Part shown: piece after piece, positions 22,719 to 33,524 of the stretch | Position numbering within the stretch: position 1 is the first letter of the stretch | Layout of the letters: every line of letters starts with the position of its first letter | DNA from: Octopus bimaculoides | Taxonomy: Eukaryota | DNA length: 36,573 nucleotides | Assembly: GCF_001194135.2 (NCBI RefSeq) | Contig: NC_068991.1 | Span: forward strand, 28,726,013-28,762,585 | Direction of reading: 5' to 3' | Notes under the pieces: generated by a model | Seen by the model: the letters and a program-made list of their open reading frames with translations, nothing else | Told to the model about the DNA's origin: nothing | Databases searched by the model: none | Program-made: the position numbers and the translations under genes

Positions 22719-22855
22719 GGTGAAGTGCCATCTCCCCGAGCAGCTCATGCTTCCACGCGTATTGGTAATAAAACCTATGTATTTGGTGGCCGACATCTTT
22801 CTAACCGCATGAATGATTTATATTGCCTTGATTTAGATACACTCCATTGGACTAA
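22719..22855 (+). CDS. KLHDC2: KLHDC2-like coding exon 6 (GEVPSPRAAHASTRIGNKTYVFGGRHLSNRMNDLYCLDLDTLHWTK)
   Basis: Acceptor TTCCCTAG, donor GTGAGT, 137 nt, phase 0 to 2; close to PSPRAAHACATVGNRGFVFGGRYRDARMNDLHYLNLDTWEW. Confidence 0.95.
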
Positions 22856-24181
22856 GTGAGTTTGTTTCATTTTGTTTTTTTGCTTTTCTTTTGTCACTAT
22901 GCTGTTGTACAGTGTTGTCTAACCCTAGGTCACTTCTGACTGAGCAAGCATGTGTTATATGATGTTATTTAACCCTAGTTTAGTCCTGATTCAGCAGACC
23001 CATAATTAACCCTTTTCTTACTACATTTCTGTTGAAATACTCTTTGGTTTCAATTGATTTTGAAAACAATGAAGAATTTAGTAAAATAACTTTGTCATTA
23101 TTAATCTGGTTTTGGAACATAAATTAACATGAAATTTTGATGAAAGGTTTTAATTTCAATAACTTTAAATCTAGAAGTTTGTATCTTAGAACCAGGGCTA
23201 GTGGGTATTCCAAGCTTGACCATCCTGTTCTATTTTTTTAATATTTTTATATTTCTTTTTATGAACATAAAATCTCTAAGTGTGCATTTCCATTATGACA
23301 CTTACAGACACATTAATGACAGTATGATACAGTTTGAGAGAAATGTAGCTGTTATTTCTAGCACATTTTCCAATCATGTAAGAGACTCACTCATTGATTT
23401 ATGTTATACTATATTGATGATGATGATGATGGTGATGGTGATCACTCATATAAAGTGAAATTAAGAAGCAATGTTTCAAGTATTATTTTATTGAGAATGG
23501 CAAAAGTTGAGTACCTCGAGGTCAGCAGGTTTTGGGTAGAGGAAAGACCAAATGATGGATGGAAGAAGAAGACAGAAATAAGTGAGAGTTATTGATGTTT
23601 AACCCCTGGTCAGTCAGCTCTGATCATGAAAACTTATACTCAGTTATTCCAGTTATGACCATTCTGCTTCTTTGTATATCCATGGCCACATTATCAAGTG
23701 TTTCTGTTTTTTTAAGAGAAGTTACATTTGGCTGCTATTTCTAGCAGGTTAAGTTACTTCTTGGCTCTAATAGTGATTGTAAAAGTATTGTATAACATTC
23801 TTTTATAATCCCATCAGGGTGGAGCTGAACTTAAGAAATGAGGTTAGTTTGAAACAGAAGAAAGAAGCAATGGAGAAAGGATGAAAGGTGTGTTTCTAAT
23901 GTGTTTTTGTTGGATGAGAGAATTGTTTATGGTGGATAAGAAACAAGCATGGGAAAATGGGCATAAAATGTCTGTATAATGTTGTCATGGAGTCGGGATA
24001 TCATCTTGCTTTATTATTGAGACTTGTTGAAATCTTTTGAAGTCTTTTGATATTCAAGACTACTTTGAGTTCCTAATATTAAAGCCATCTGTTCTAACTC
24101 TTTTCATATCAATCCACCTTAGACCACTCCTGGTCCTATGATACAAACACCTGCTTAATAATCTTTAATTTGTTTGTCTTT

Positions 24182-24538
24182 TGACTGCAGCCATCCTGGG
24201 GTACTGCCTTGAAATTTTAGTCAAATGTATCGGCAGCAGTACTTATTTTTTAAAGCCTGGTTTTTACACTGCCAATCTCCTGTGTCAAACCACTGAGTTA
24301 CAAGGACGTAAACATACCAGCACCAGTTGTCAAGCAGTGGTGGACAAACACAAACAAAGTAACACACATATATACAACAGGCTTCTTTCAGTTTCAATCT
24401 AGCAAATCCACTTACAAGGCTTTGGTCAACTTGAGGCTATAGTAGAAGACACTTGCCCAAGGTGCCATGCAGTGGGACTGAACCAAGAACCACGTGGCTA
24501 GAAAGCTAACTTTATACCATACAGCCACACCTGCACCT
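24182..24538 (-). mobile_element. SINE family B, complete bipartite copy (tRNA head, microsatellite, 3' module)
   Basis: Reverse complement of 15742-16310 plus 16950-17160. Confidence 0.8.
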
Positions 24539-24851
24539 AATGACAAAATGATTTCACTTAAATTCTTTATTTTTAAAATTAATTGAAACAATATCAGTGT
24601 CTTTCAAAAGAAATATGATAACAAATGGGTTGTAAATGTTGTCTAAATCAAAACCTTATTTCATAATTTTATGTCTTTTTGTTATATTCCAAACACCAGT
24701 TTAATGATAACAAATTAATTATTTTTAAGTAAATCCTCCAAATTTTTTGTTACTTTTTTATAATTAATTGACCTAATAGATGGTAATTTTATAAGAAATA
24801 TCTTCTTTATAAATTCATAAATTGATGATATTAAAATGTTCAAATCTTATG

Positions 24852-24884
<33 letters not shown>

Positions 24885-24931
24885 TTGCTGTTGTTGTTCT
24901 TGTAATCCTAACTCGTAATATCTCTTGGCAG

Positions 24932-25044
24932 GCCTCAGATAACAGGTCATGTCCCTTGTGGCAGATCTTGGTGCTCTTTCACAGCTGTTTCTCCTACACG
25001 CATTCTTTTGTGCGGAGGTTTTACTCAGGATAATCAACCTTTAG
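24932..25044 (+). CDS. KLHDC2: KLHDC2-like coding exon 7 (PQITGHVPCGRSWCSFTAVSPTRILLCGGFTQDNQPL)
   Basis: Acceptor TCTTGGCAG, donor GTAACA, 113 nt, phase 2 to 1; matches PVGRSWHSLTPVS...FGGFTTDKQPL. Confidence 0.92.
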
Positions 25045-26180
25045 GTAACAACACCCACCTTTTTTATCTCTGATGATGGCATCATCTGTTTTGATAATAT
25101 CTGTGTTCGTACCTGTTTGATGTCTGTGTCATCATCATCATTTAACTCTGTTTTCCATGTTGGCATGGGTTGGACAGCTTGACCAGAGCTGGCAAGGCCA
25201 GTGGCCACACCAAGTTCCATATTTTGTCCTTAATGGAAGAAATGGTAGATGTAACAGTGTATCTGACAAGTGACCCAGGTTACCGGGGCATCATTTGTGG
25301 TAAATGTTCAGTAGGATATCTAGTGAACTGACAGTGCACCTGGACTTCAGTTGTGATAGACTTTTAAGATTTTTAGTAGACTGACAGGGAAACAAGTCTT
25401 CATCTGTGATAAACATTGATTATGGTTTCAGTCCAGCTGACATAGTACCAGGACTTCTGTTGTAATAGATATACATGCGTAAACAATAAGAGTACCTGTG
25501 TAATGGAATTTATGATCTATTTAGCTCACTAGACATTGTTCTGTTACTATGGTAGCCTACTTAGTGTATTGTGGTGATGGTAGGTAGGTGCAGGGATAGT
25601 AGTGCAGCTAAAGTGTGGAGGGTATAGGTATAGTTCAGAGATCTGTTGCCTCTGTAGAAAACAAAGGCTTCCTTTCTGTGTAAAAAGTAGAACCACATAC
25701 TAATGAGAGATGGACATTGAATGTATTAACCTACATAAGAGATAGTGTACGAGAGAGAGGGAGATTGGGTATTAAACATATAAGCTGAGGTATGCAGGAA
25801 AAATGATAGTGGGGGCATGATGTAAATAGCTGGTAAATGAGTGTGGGCAATGTCTGTTTTCTGGCATTGAAGGATACCTGAAACAGGAAACCCAAGAAAA
25901 AGAATTCATGGCTAGAGGTGAGGCTAAATAGATCTGAGGGTTTTGGACCTGAAAAGTGAGTTAATGCAGGACTTAAAGGGATGTGATGTGCTGTGTCACA
26001 GACTACCATACTATGCCAGCATAGAAATTATCACTACCACTGTCACCACCATCATCATGATTACGTACTTTATTCTACTGGTTTTCACATGTTGAATCAC
26101 TGAACTGTGCAACATATATATGCAGAACATAAACATTAATGCAGAGATGCATGGAGACAAACTCATAGATGCTCACATTG

Positions 26181-26184
<4 letters not shown>

Positions 26185-26255
<71 letters not shown>
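26185..26255. repeat. Perfect (CA)~35 microsatellite
   Basis: Read directly. Confidence 0.98.
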
Positions 26256-26258
<3 letters not shown>

Positions 26259-26347
26259 CATTAAAATGATAATCATCATCATCATAATATTTTCTAGGAG
26301 TGTTTCTCTCTTCTTGCTATCCTGTGCTACTCTTCTTTATTTTTCAG

Positions 26348-26508
26348 CTGATATCTGGTTATTTGACGTAACTACTTTTAGCTGGATAATCTATGAGATG
26401 TCCTTCTCTATACCCCGCCTCTGGCATTCCTGTTGTGTCACTCCAGATGATGACGTTATCATATTTGGAGGTTGTTGTAGTAATATTTTGGATTACACCC
26501 AAAAAGCT
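26348..26508 (+). CDS. KLHDC2: KLHDC2-like coding exon 8 (ADIWLFDVTTFSW...PRLWHSCC...VIIFGGCCSNILDYTQKA)
   Basis: Acceptor TTTTCAG, donor GTAAGT, 161 nt, phase 1 to 0; matches SDAW...PRLWHTAC...VIVFGGCANNLL. Confidence 0.94.
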
Positions 26509-27482
26509 GTAAGTAATCATAATTTCTTCTGCAATGTCTTGTTGTTATGGTGATGATGCTGTTGTGTTAAGAGGTCTCAGAAAACTTAAGTTGGCAATAC
26601 AGTTTCAAATCTTAGTTGGAGATTTACAGCATTAACATTCTAAAGTGTGGCTATAATGAATGCCATAACTTCCACTTCTGTACTTATAAATAAAATGAGG
26701 TTTCTTCAGGTTTACCTGCCTGCTAGGAATAGCAGCCAAATCTTCCTGAAAAGGGCTCATTGGAAGGCAGTCTGGGGTTCACTATGCCTGAAATAAATAA
26801 ATGGAATAGTTATGGTTGGAATACCTTTTTTGTCATATATCTGCTCAGTTAGGGCATACCTTGGGCTTAGCTTGATGCTGACCAAGTGTTCTTTCAGTCT
26901 GAATGCTCGTTTTTGCTGGTTGAGTGAAATGAAGCAGCATGAAGTAAAGTGCCTTGCCTTAAGATACAATGTTTCCCAGCCTGGGAATCGAGCCCATAAC
27001 TTTGTGATTGAGAGCCCAGTTATCTTCATCCAAACATAGAAACTATGACAAAACATATATTGGAGTTCAACATAGTCATGTCCTCTGGTTCATTGGATCT
27101 TGTCAAATCATCTAGCCCATGCTAGCATGAAGTACAGATGCTAAATGATAATAGAAAGGAAGACACTTGTCCAAGGTGTGAACCTTGAACCACATGGTTT
27201 GGAGGCAAACTTCTTAACAAAACAGCCATGCCTACACCTTGAATTTGTTAAAGCGGATTGTTTTCTTGGGATATTTTTGTGGAAAAATGCACCTCATAAG
27301 CAATGAAATGATAAGAAACCATTGATCAGATGTTAGGGCCTTGATATGTAGTAAGTAACTGATAAATTGGCTTAGATGTCCAAAAGACCTGAATATCATA
27401 ATTAATTAATCCATTCCTCTTCCTTCTTATCTCTATTATGTGAAATTTTATATCAGAAAGTGTTTGTTTTTCATGTTTTTAG

Positions 27483-27535
27483 ATCCACACAAACGAAGTA
27501 ATACAATTCCGGATCAAACCAAAATCACTTTTGCA
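27483..27535 (+). CDS. KLHDC2: KLHDC2-like coding exon 9 (IHTNEVIQFRIKPKSLLQ), start of the BC box
   Basis: Acceptor TTTTTAG, donor GTAAGT, 53 nt, phase 0 to 2; matches HSNEILIFSVQPKSLVR. Confidence 0.9.
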
Positions 27536-28574
27536 GTAAGTTAACTTTTATTTTCCACATGGTGGTTACTATCATATTCCACTTCACATTTGTTAGCCCT
27601 GACATTGCCTTTGTTTGTGGTCATTGTGGGAGAAAAGACAACACCAGTGACCATTTTCTGAGGTCTGTAAGAATTAAGGGAAGAAATTACCTTCAACTAA
27701 AGACCTGCCTGAATTCTTGCAACAGAGTGAATGATGACTTTGCTAAAGTCACCCAGTGACCAGGTAGTGGTGTTAGGGTAATAGATAAACGCTACCACCT
27801 GTGAACTAGAATCTCTCCAACAAGCTTCCATCTAGTTTTCATCTACCAAATTTCAGTCGCAAAGATTTTGCCAACTGAAGACAATACTAGAAGATACCCA
27901 ATGTACCACATAATGGGATTGAACTGAAAACCAAGTAGTTGCAAAATAGTCTTCTTAATCACACAACCATGCATGTACCATTGTTTCTACTCGATTGACA
28001 AGGCACTTGTTGACCTATCATTACTACTTGAAAATTATTATGTTATCCCAACTTGTTGACCCACGAATCAACTCAACAAGGAAACCTCTGTATGGTTGTA
28101 TGACAGCTAAATCTCCTTCAAATCACTCTCTGTGTCATAGAAAAGGGACACACTGGATAATGTGGTCCCTGGCTACATTGTGCCTTCAAAAAAAGATGGG
28201 ATAGAATGACATTGACTATAAGATCTGCTTGATCAAGGTTGACCTGGGGCTCAACAACAACAATCAATCTACAACTGAAAAAGCACTTCCCCAATTAATT
28301 TTGATGGGCTGTGTGGAAAATGATGATGTTAGTGAAGTGATTGTTAGAGTAGTTTCATTTTTATGGGTAGTGGTAGGGACCTCTGTCTCATCACCCTAGA
28401 TTTCCATTCTTCTAAAACAAATATTCAATATGTGAGCCACTGCTCAGGACTTTCAGAAGTAGGAATATATGAATTTGAATTTTGAATCATAATAAATGCC
28501 AAGAGAAATTACTTGTGTGTATGCAGGAATGTAAATGGCTGTAATTATTGGGGGTCAGATGTTGGGGGTGGGGT

Positions 28575-29200
28575 CATCATCATCATTTAGCATCCATTTT
28601 CCATGCTGGCATGGATTAGATGGTTTGACTGAGACTGTTAAGCCAAAGAGCTGCACCAGGCTCCAGTCTGTTTTGGCTTGGTTCCTAGAGCTGGATGCCC
28701 TTCGTACCACCAGCCATTCCAAGAGCATAGAGGGTGCCTTTCATGTATCACTAGCACAGGTGCCTCTTGCATGTCACTGGCACGGGTGTCTCTCATGCGT
28801 CACCGGTACGGGTGTCTCTCGTGTGCCACCAGTACAGGTGCCTTTTACATGTCACTGGTACTGGCCACAACTATGATTTCACTTAGCTTGACATGTCTTC
28901 TCAAGTACAGAAAATTGCCAAAGGTCTGTATCACTTACCATTGCTCCCATGAGACTCAATAGCCAAAGACCATGCTTCACCACTCCATCCCATGTTTCCC
29001 TGGATCTTCCTCTTCCACAGGTTCCCTTCACAGTTAGAGATCAGCACTTTTTTTACGCAGCTGTCCTCATCCATATGCATCACATGACTATACCAGCACA
29101 GACACTTCTTTTGCATACACAACTGATACTTCTTATGCCCAATTTTTCTCTCAAGATGCTTAAAATCTGTTATATGTGCACTCTGACATTGCGCATCTAG
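28575..29200 (-). mobile_element. RTE LINE 3' end: RT C-terminus, 3' UTR with ~25-bp repeats, and (GAT)n tail
   Basis: Minus-strand MQKKCLCWYSHVMHMDEDSCVKK...GRGRSRET is contiguous with the UTR and the ATCATCATC tail. Confidence 0.85.
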
Positions 29201-29429
29201 TGAAGCATACTAACTTCATTTCTTATTTGTGTCTGATGGTGTTTAAAATATGTTCAGCTAACATTAGTTGTTGAAGTTTTTCATGCTAATGATTAATCAG
29301 AAGTTTATTCTGTTTTACTATAAAAGTAAAAATGTTAGCAATTCTCATTGTAACTTTTGTTGAGATTCAAACCTTTGTTAATTAGTTCTTTTGTTTTAAA
29401 TTACAACTTATATCTTTTTAATTTTATAG

Positions 29430-29571
29430 GCTGTCTGTTGATACATTAGTAAAATACCGTCAGAAAACAAAACCAGAGTGGAAGTACTTGCCTCAAGGGT
29501 TATTGAAATATGCCAAGTTAAAGGAGCAGGCTATTATAAATGACCCCATCAAATTCTCTTCAAATCTGGTT
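29430..29571 (+). CDS. KLHDC2: KLHDC2-like coding exon 10 (LSVDTLVKYRQKTKPEWKYLPQGLLKYAKLKEQAIINDPIKFSSNLV), BC box and cullin-2 box
   Basis: Acceptor TTTTATAG, donor GTAAGT at 29572, 142 nt, phase 2 to 0; matches LSLEAV...SWNCLPKHLL. Exons 1-10 total 1176 nt = 392 codons with no stop. Confidence 0.88.
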
Positions 29572-29644
29572 GTAAGTAAAAAGATTTTATTATTTTAACA
29601 TCCATTTTATCAAAGTTTGCATGGATTCATTTTCTGGCCTGCAC

Positions 29645-30496
29645 TATTATTATTATTATATGAAAACTCACAGCTTATTTTGCTGGGTATGATGGAAAAT
29701 TGTCAGCTGTCCACAGCCAGCAGACTAAGGTGACACTTGTTTACTGGTCATGCTTCAAGAACCCTGCATGTTTCTCGCATGCCCAGTATCACCCGATATT
29801 CTTCTTTTAATAGCTTCTATTAACCATCTGTTAACCATCCATTCTTTTGTATTGCTCTTGCTTGGTCACATAATCCCTGTTCAGTAATTTCAAACAGTTC
29901 CATATCCTTCCGTTCATTGTGCATTCATTTTCTGTACCCTCTGACAATCACACCATTTGCATCCATAGGAGTGCTACAATAGTAACACTCCATAATCATC
30001 ATGTTTACTTGTTTACTCCACTTACGTCTTGTAGCATGGCTAACAGTTGCTGGATTACAACCAGCCCTACTCTGCTGCACAGTGGGGCACCTGCTGAGTG
30101 TGGCATTTTCATTCACAAACGAGGCGTGGTTTTAGGTTACTACTAACCGGTATTTTTATCAAGACACCATCTCTATCAAAGTAGTCCACCAAGGCAGCAG
30201 GGGCCTTGCTCCCTTGGTTTTTGAACTCAGAGTGTTCCTTCTCCCAGGCTGTTTGCCATCCAAGGCGAACAAGTACAGCCTACCCGGAGCACTAGTTATT
30301 TGAATGCGCCAGATACTTGCCTTTTCCCACTCTTCTCCTGTTGGTTTGGCAAAGGAGTCAGGCTTAACTGTCAGAGGACAGGTTTTGCACAGGCCATTGG
30401 GGCATTTTATAAGTGATGGATGCTCAAACTCCCCTCACCACCCTGGCATTAACAGAAAGTAAAAAAAGCTAGTAGAAGAGAGGATTATTATTATTA
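29645..30496 (-). mobile_element. Internally deleted R4/Dong-clade non-LTR retrotransposon flanked by (TAA)n
   Basis: Minus-strand RRKWSKQVNMMIMECYY...RGYRK*MH and [22 protein letters not shown] resemble the R4/Dong N-terminus as recalled. These join near 29795 to a degenerate ILG.AR..RVLEA* C-terminus and 3' UTR. TAA repeats at 29645-29660 and 30484-30496. Confidence 0.72.
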
Positions 30497-30687
30497 AGGT
30501 GGCTGGCAGAATTGTTAGTATGCCAGGCAAAATGCTTATCAGTATTTCATCTGTCTTTATGTTGAGTTTAAATGCCGTCAGGGTCGACTTTGCTTTTCAT
30601 CCTTTCAAGGTTGATAAAATAAGCACCAATTGAACACTGGGATCAACGTAATTGCCTTAGCTCCTCCCTCGAAATTTCATGGCATTG
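30497..30687 (+). mobile_element. tRNA-derived SINE, family A (CpG-decayed copy)
   Basis: Colinear with 4826-5035. Confidence 0.85.
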
Positions 30688-30688
30688 A

Positions 30689-30773
30689 AGGGTAGGTGTA
30701 ATAGGCTGGACCTGGCTTGTTAGAACATAAAATATTTGGGCTGGATATGGCCGGTTTTAATACTAAGGGTTAA
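30689..30773 (+). mobile_element. Right half of the piggyBac-like MITE, ending GGGTTAA
   Basis: Matches the 3' part of 22356-22581. Confidence 0.75.
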
Positions 30774-32277
30774 ATCTTCCACGTTTTCTTTGGACTTCTC
30801 CTACCTCATCTACTCCCACTATCAGCATTCAGTAAGTTTTTTTTACTCACCTTTGTCAATTTGTATCTCATGTCTGCAAAAGTATAGTCATCGTCAATGT
30901 CCAGCCACTGCCTCAGCTCATTTGGTCCATTTGACAAAAGCGATGTTGTTGTATTTGATATTAGCAAAATCTTCCACTGTATCTTATATGAAGAGAACAT
31001 CCTAGTTTTACTACTGCCTAAAGTTGCTGTCAATCTCTCATTTTATGGACTGGAAGCTACCTGTTAAATCTGTTGAGTACTAATGGAGCTCCCACACCGT
31101 GCCAGAGTTTATCAACTCTTGTGTACACAATGTTTACTTATATCCTCTCCACACTCCTTATTCTGCATCACAATCCTTATTCTGCATTGTGTGCTAATTG
31201 AACTCTCTTATCATCCCATAGCCTACTAGTTCTGGTGTACCCAGTGTCCAGTTACATCTTCCCTACACTTCATTTTTTTTTTTTGTCCCTGAATGACCTG
31301 CTGGTACTATTTTGTTATCATACCCTACTTCTGATATATGAACAATTTAGTGTATGTGGGAGTATATATGCATACAAGTCATAGTTTCTTGCATGTTATC
31401 ATACAATTACTACTATAATGTATTGCTATCCCACTGAAAATATTGTCTCCAAGAACAAAAGAGTGCTCTAGGGAATTAGTGTTAAACAGAGTTGCATGAT
31501 GTGTGGGCAGTATTTACATGCAATTTATCTAGCATTTTCTCTCTCTCTCTCTCACACACACATGCATGCACTTCCAACAGTTGCTGATTCTTTTGTTATC
31601 TAAATGCTATGGAGAGTGGACCATTTCTTGATCTTTCCAAACTACCCACAAGAAGCAGCAACAATTTGATTGCTCAGCTCCTTGCTGCTACTGTTTAAAT
31701 AAATTTATTGCCTCTTGGAAAATAATGCCATGAGATGTAGTGAGTGATGCTATATCAGATCATCCACTCAAGCACTTAATGTTTTCTCCATATTTGCCAT
31801 GATTTTACTGTGTCATATGTGTGTGTATTAGTTTAAGAGCATTACACTCACTTAAAGAGCACTCACTTAAGAGCATTACACTCACTTAAATTAAAGCAGC
31901 TTTAATTTACCAGATTGATTCATTATGGGTTTTTTTAAGTGTTATATAAATTTTGGGGGATATACTACCTGCTTTCAACATTCCTGTGACATATGTTCAT
32001 CTGGTTCAGCTAACAGGGGGCCTTTATTGGTCACTAGACTTGCTAGCTATAGCAGCCAAATATCTATTGACTCCCACCCTATTGTCTTAAATAAAGGAAT
32101 ATACAAGGTGTTGGCAAAGTGTTTAATGTTGACCCCTGAGGATTTTTATGTAGCTGTCCAAGGGAGTCAATAAACACATTAAATGATTTTGATCTTTACG
32201 AGTGCTGAATTATTCAGCAAACTGAACCTTAAAGAACTCAATAATTTAAGCTTAAAACTCACTAATTTCCAGTGAAA

Positions 32278-32672
32278 TATGAGGGTAGGCTGAAAAGTTC
32301 ATAGGCTGACGATGAAGCAGTGGTGCCAGATCTGTGAAATCTGCCATGCACTTCTTTCAACTCTTCTTATTACAAAAACTTCAGAAGTAACTAATAGTGA
32401 CTTCTCTTGAAAATTGGCAAAATTGGGCATTGTATTGTTATCAAGTACCTGTAGAAAAATGGTTTAGCCCTCTGATGACTCTTTTTGACCAACAGAAGTT
32501 TTTGTAATAAGAAGAGTTATTGCATTGATATGAGGGTTGGCTGGAAAGTTCATAGGCTGACGACCAAATAGGGTTTATTTTTCAACATAGTCCCCCATGT
32601 GGTCCACACACTTTTCCCATTGGTGTTGTAGTGCATGGATCCCATTGGTGAAGGAGCATATCAATGCAATAA
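32278..32672. mobile_element. Rearranged mariner remnant: left end on +, right end on -, so the TIRs lie in direct orientation
   Basis: 35-bp TIR-like sequence at 32278-32312 and 32529-32563 (33/35). KIGHCIVIKYL*KNGLAP on + (~32419-32470) and FTNGIHALQHQWEKCVDHMGDYVEK* on - (32575-32652). Confidence 0.78.
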
Positions 32673-33509
32673 GTAGTAGTCACTAAACACAACAAACACT
32701 ATGGCAAATATTAATTTATGTTTCAAAGATTTGACATGGATACAGCCACCATCAATTGATGTCCAAGCATCTGCTTCATCAAATGCACTTAAGCATAAAT
32801 AGCCATTATCGATGGGAGAAATCAGAAATGGGAAATTTATACAGTAACAAAGAAATTTTTTCTGACTTCCCTTTATCATCAGCTGAGGTAGATAACGATG
32901 ATCTAGATAACACAGAAGAAAGTGATGCTTTAACTACTGCTGGATCAAAAAAGAGCACCAATTATTCTCCATTTGTACATTTATTTGACAACAATGCAGG
33001 AATCTTACATGAATTTATGCTTGTGCTGAATGCAAAAGAAAGTGAATATTTTATGGTGAGAGTTTGTTTTTTGCTTATGAAGCACACACATTCATGCAAT
33101 CCATTCCTGACCTAATCAATATGATATGACTGAATTTTATTGTCTTTTATCGATTCTATTAAATATTTTCATTAAATTTCCTTAAATAATTCTTATTAAA
33201 ACATATAACACGAAAGAGTGAAATAATTATCATTTTTAAATCCAGAAATTTTTATATTAATTAAACTTTTTAATTATATTGGACCCCCACCATACATTAT
33301 GAAGGGAGGGTGATAAGATATTAAGCTTTCCATGAAGGGTCGGGTCAATGATGTAAAAAAATTGCCCATTACATTAGACAAAAAGGCAGGATGGTCATTG
33401 TTGGAACATCATTGCAGGCCTAGGGTTAAGCATCAATACGACACTTGTACATATACTGTGATGTAAGAATTATTTCCAGATCTCTTAATTTTTTTATTTT
33501 ATTTTACAG

Positions 33510-33524
33510 AAATCAAAACACTGA
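33510..33524 (+). CDS. Candidate terminal coding exon of the KLHDC2-like gene (KSKH-stop in phase 0)
   Basis: Strong acceptor TTTTTTATTTTATTTTACAG at 33509 and phase-compatible with exon 10; no homology support. Confidence 0.35.
   Translation, partial: KSKH

Noticed and set aside
30790-31030. Minus-strand LINE endonuclease-like remnant (DVLFI*DT)
   Set aside because: Too degenerate to assign by eye.
31833-31890. 24-bp direct duplication TTAAGAGCATTACACTCACTTAAA with a partial unit between
   Set aside because: Real, but an ordinary slippage duplication with no further structure.
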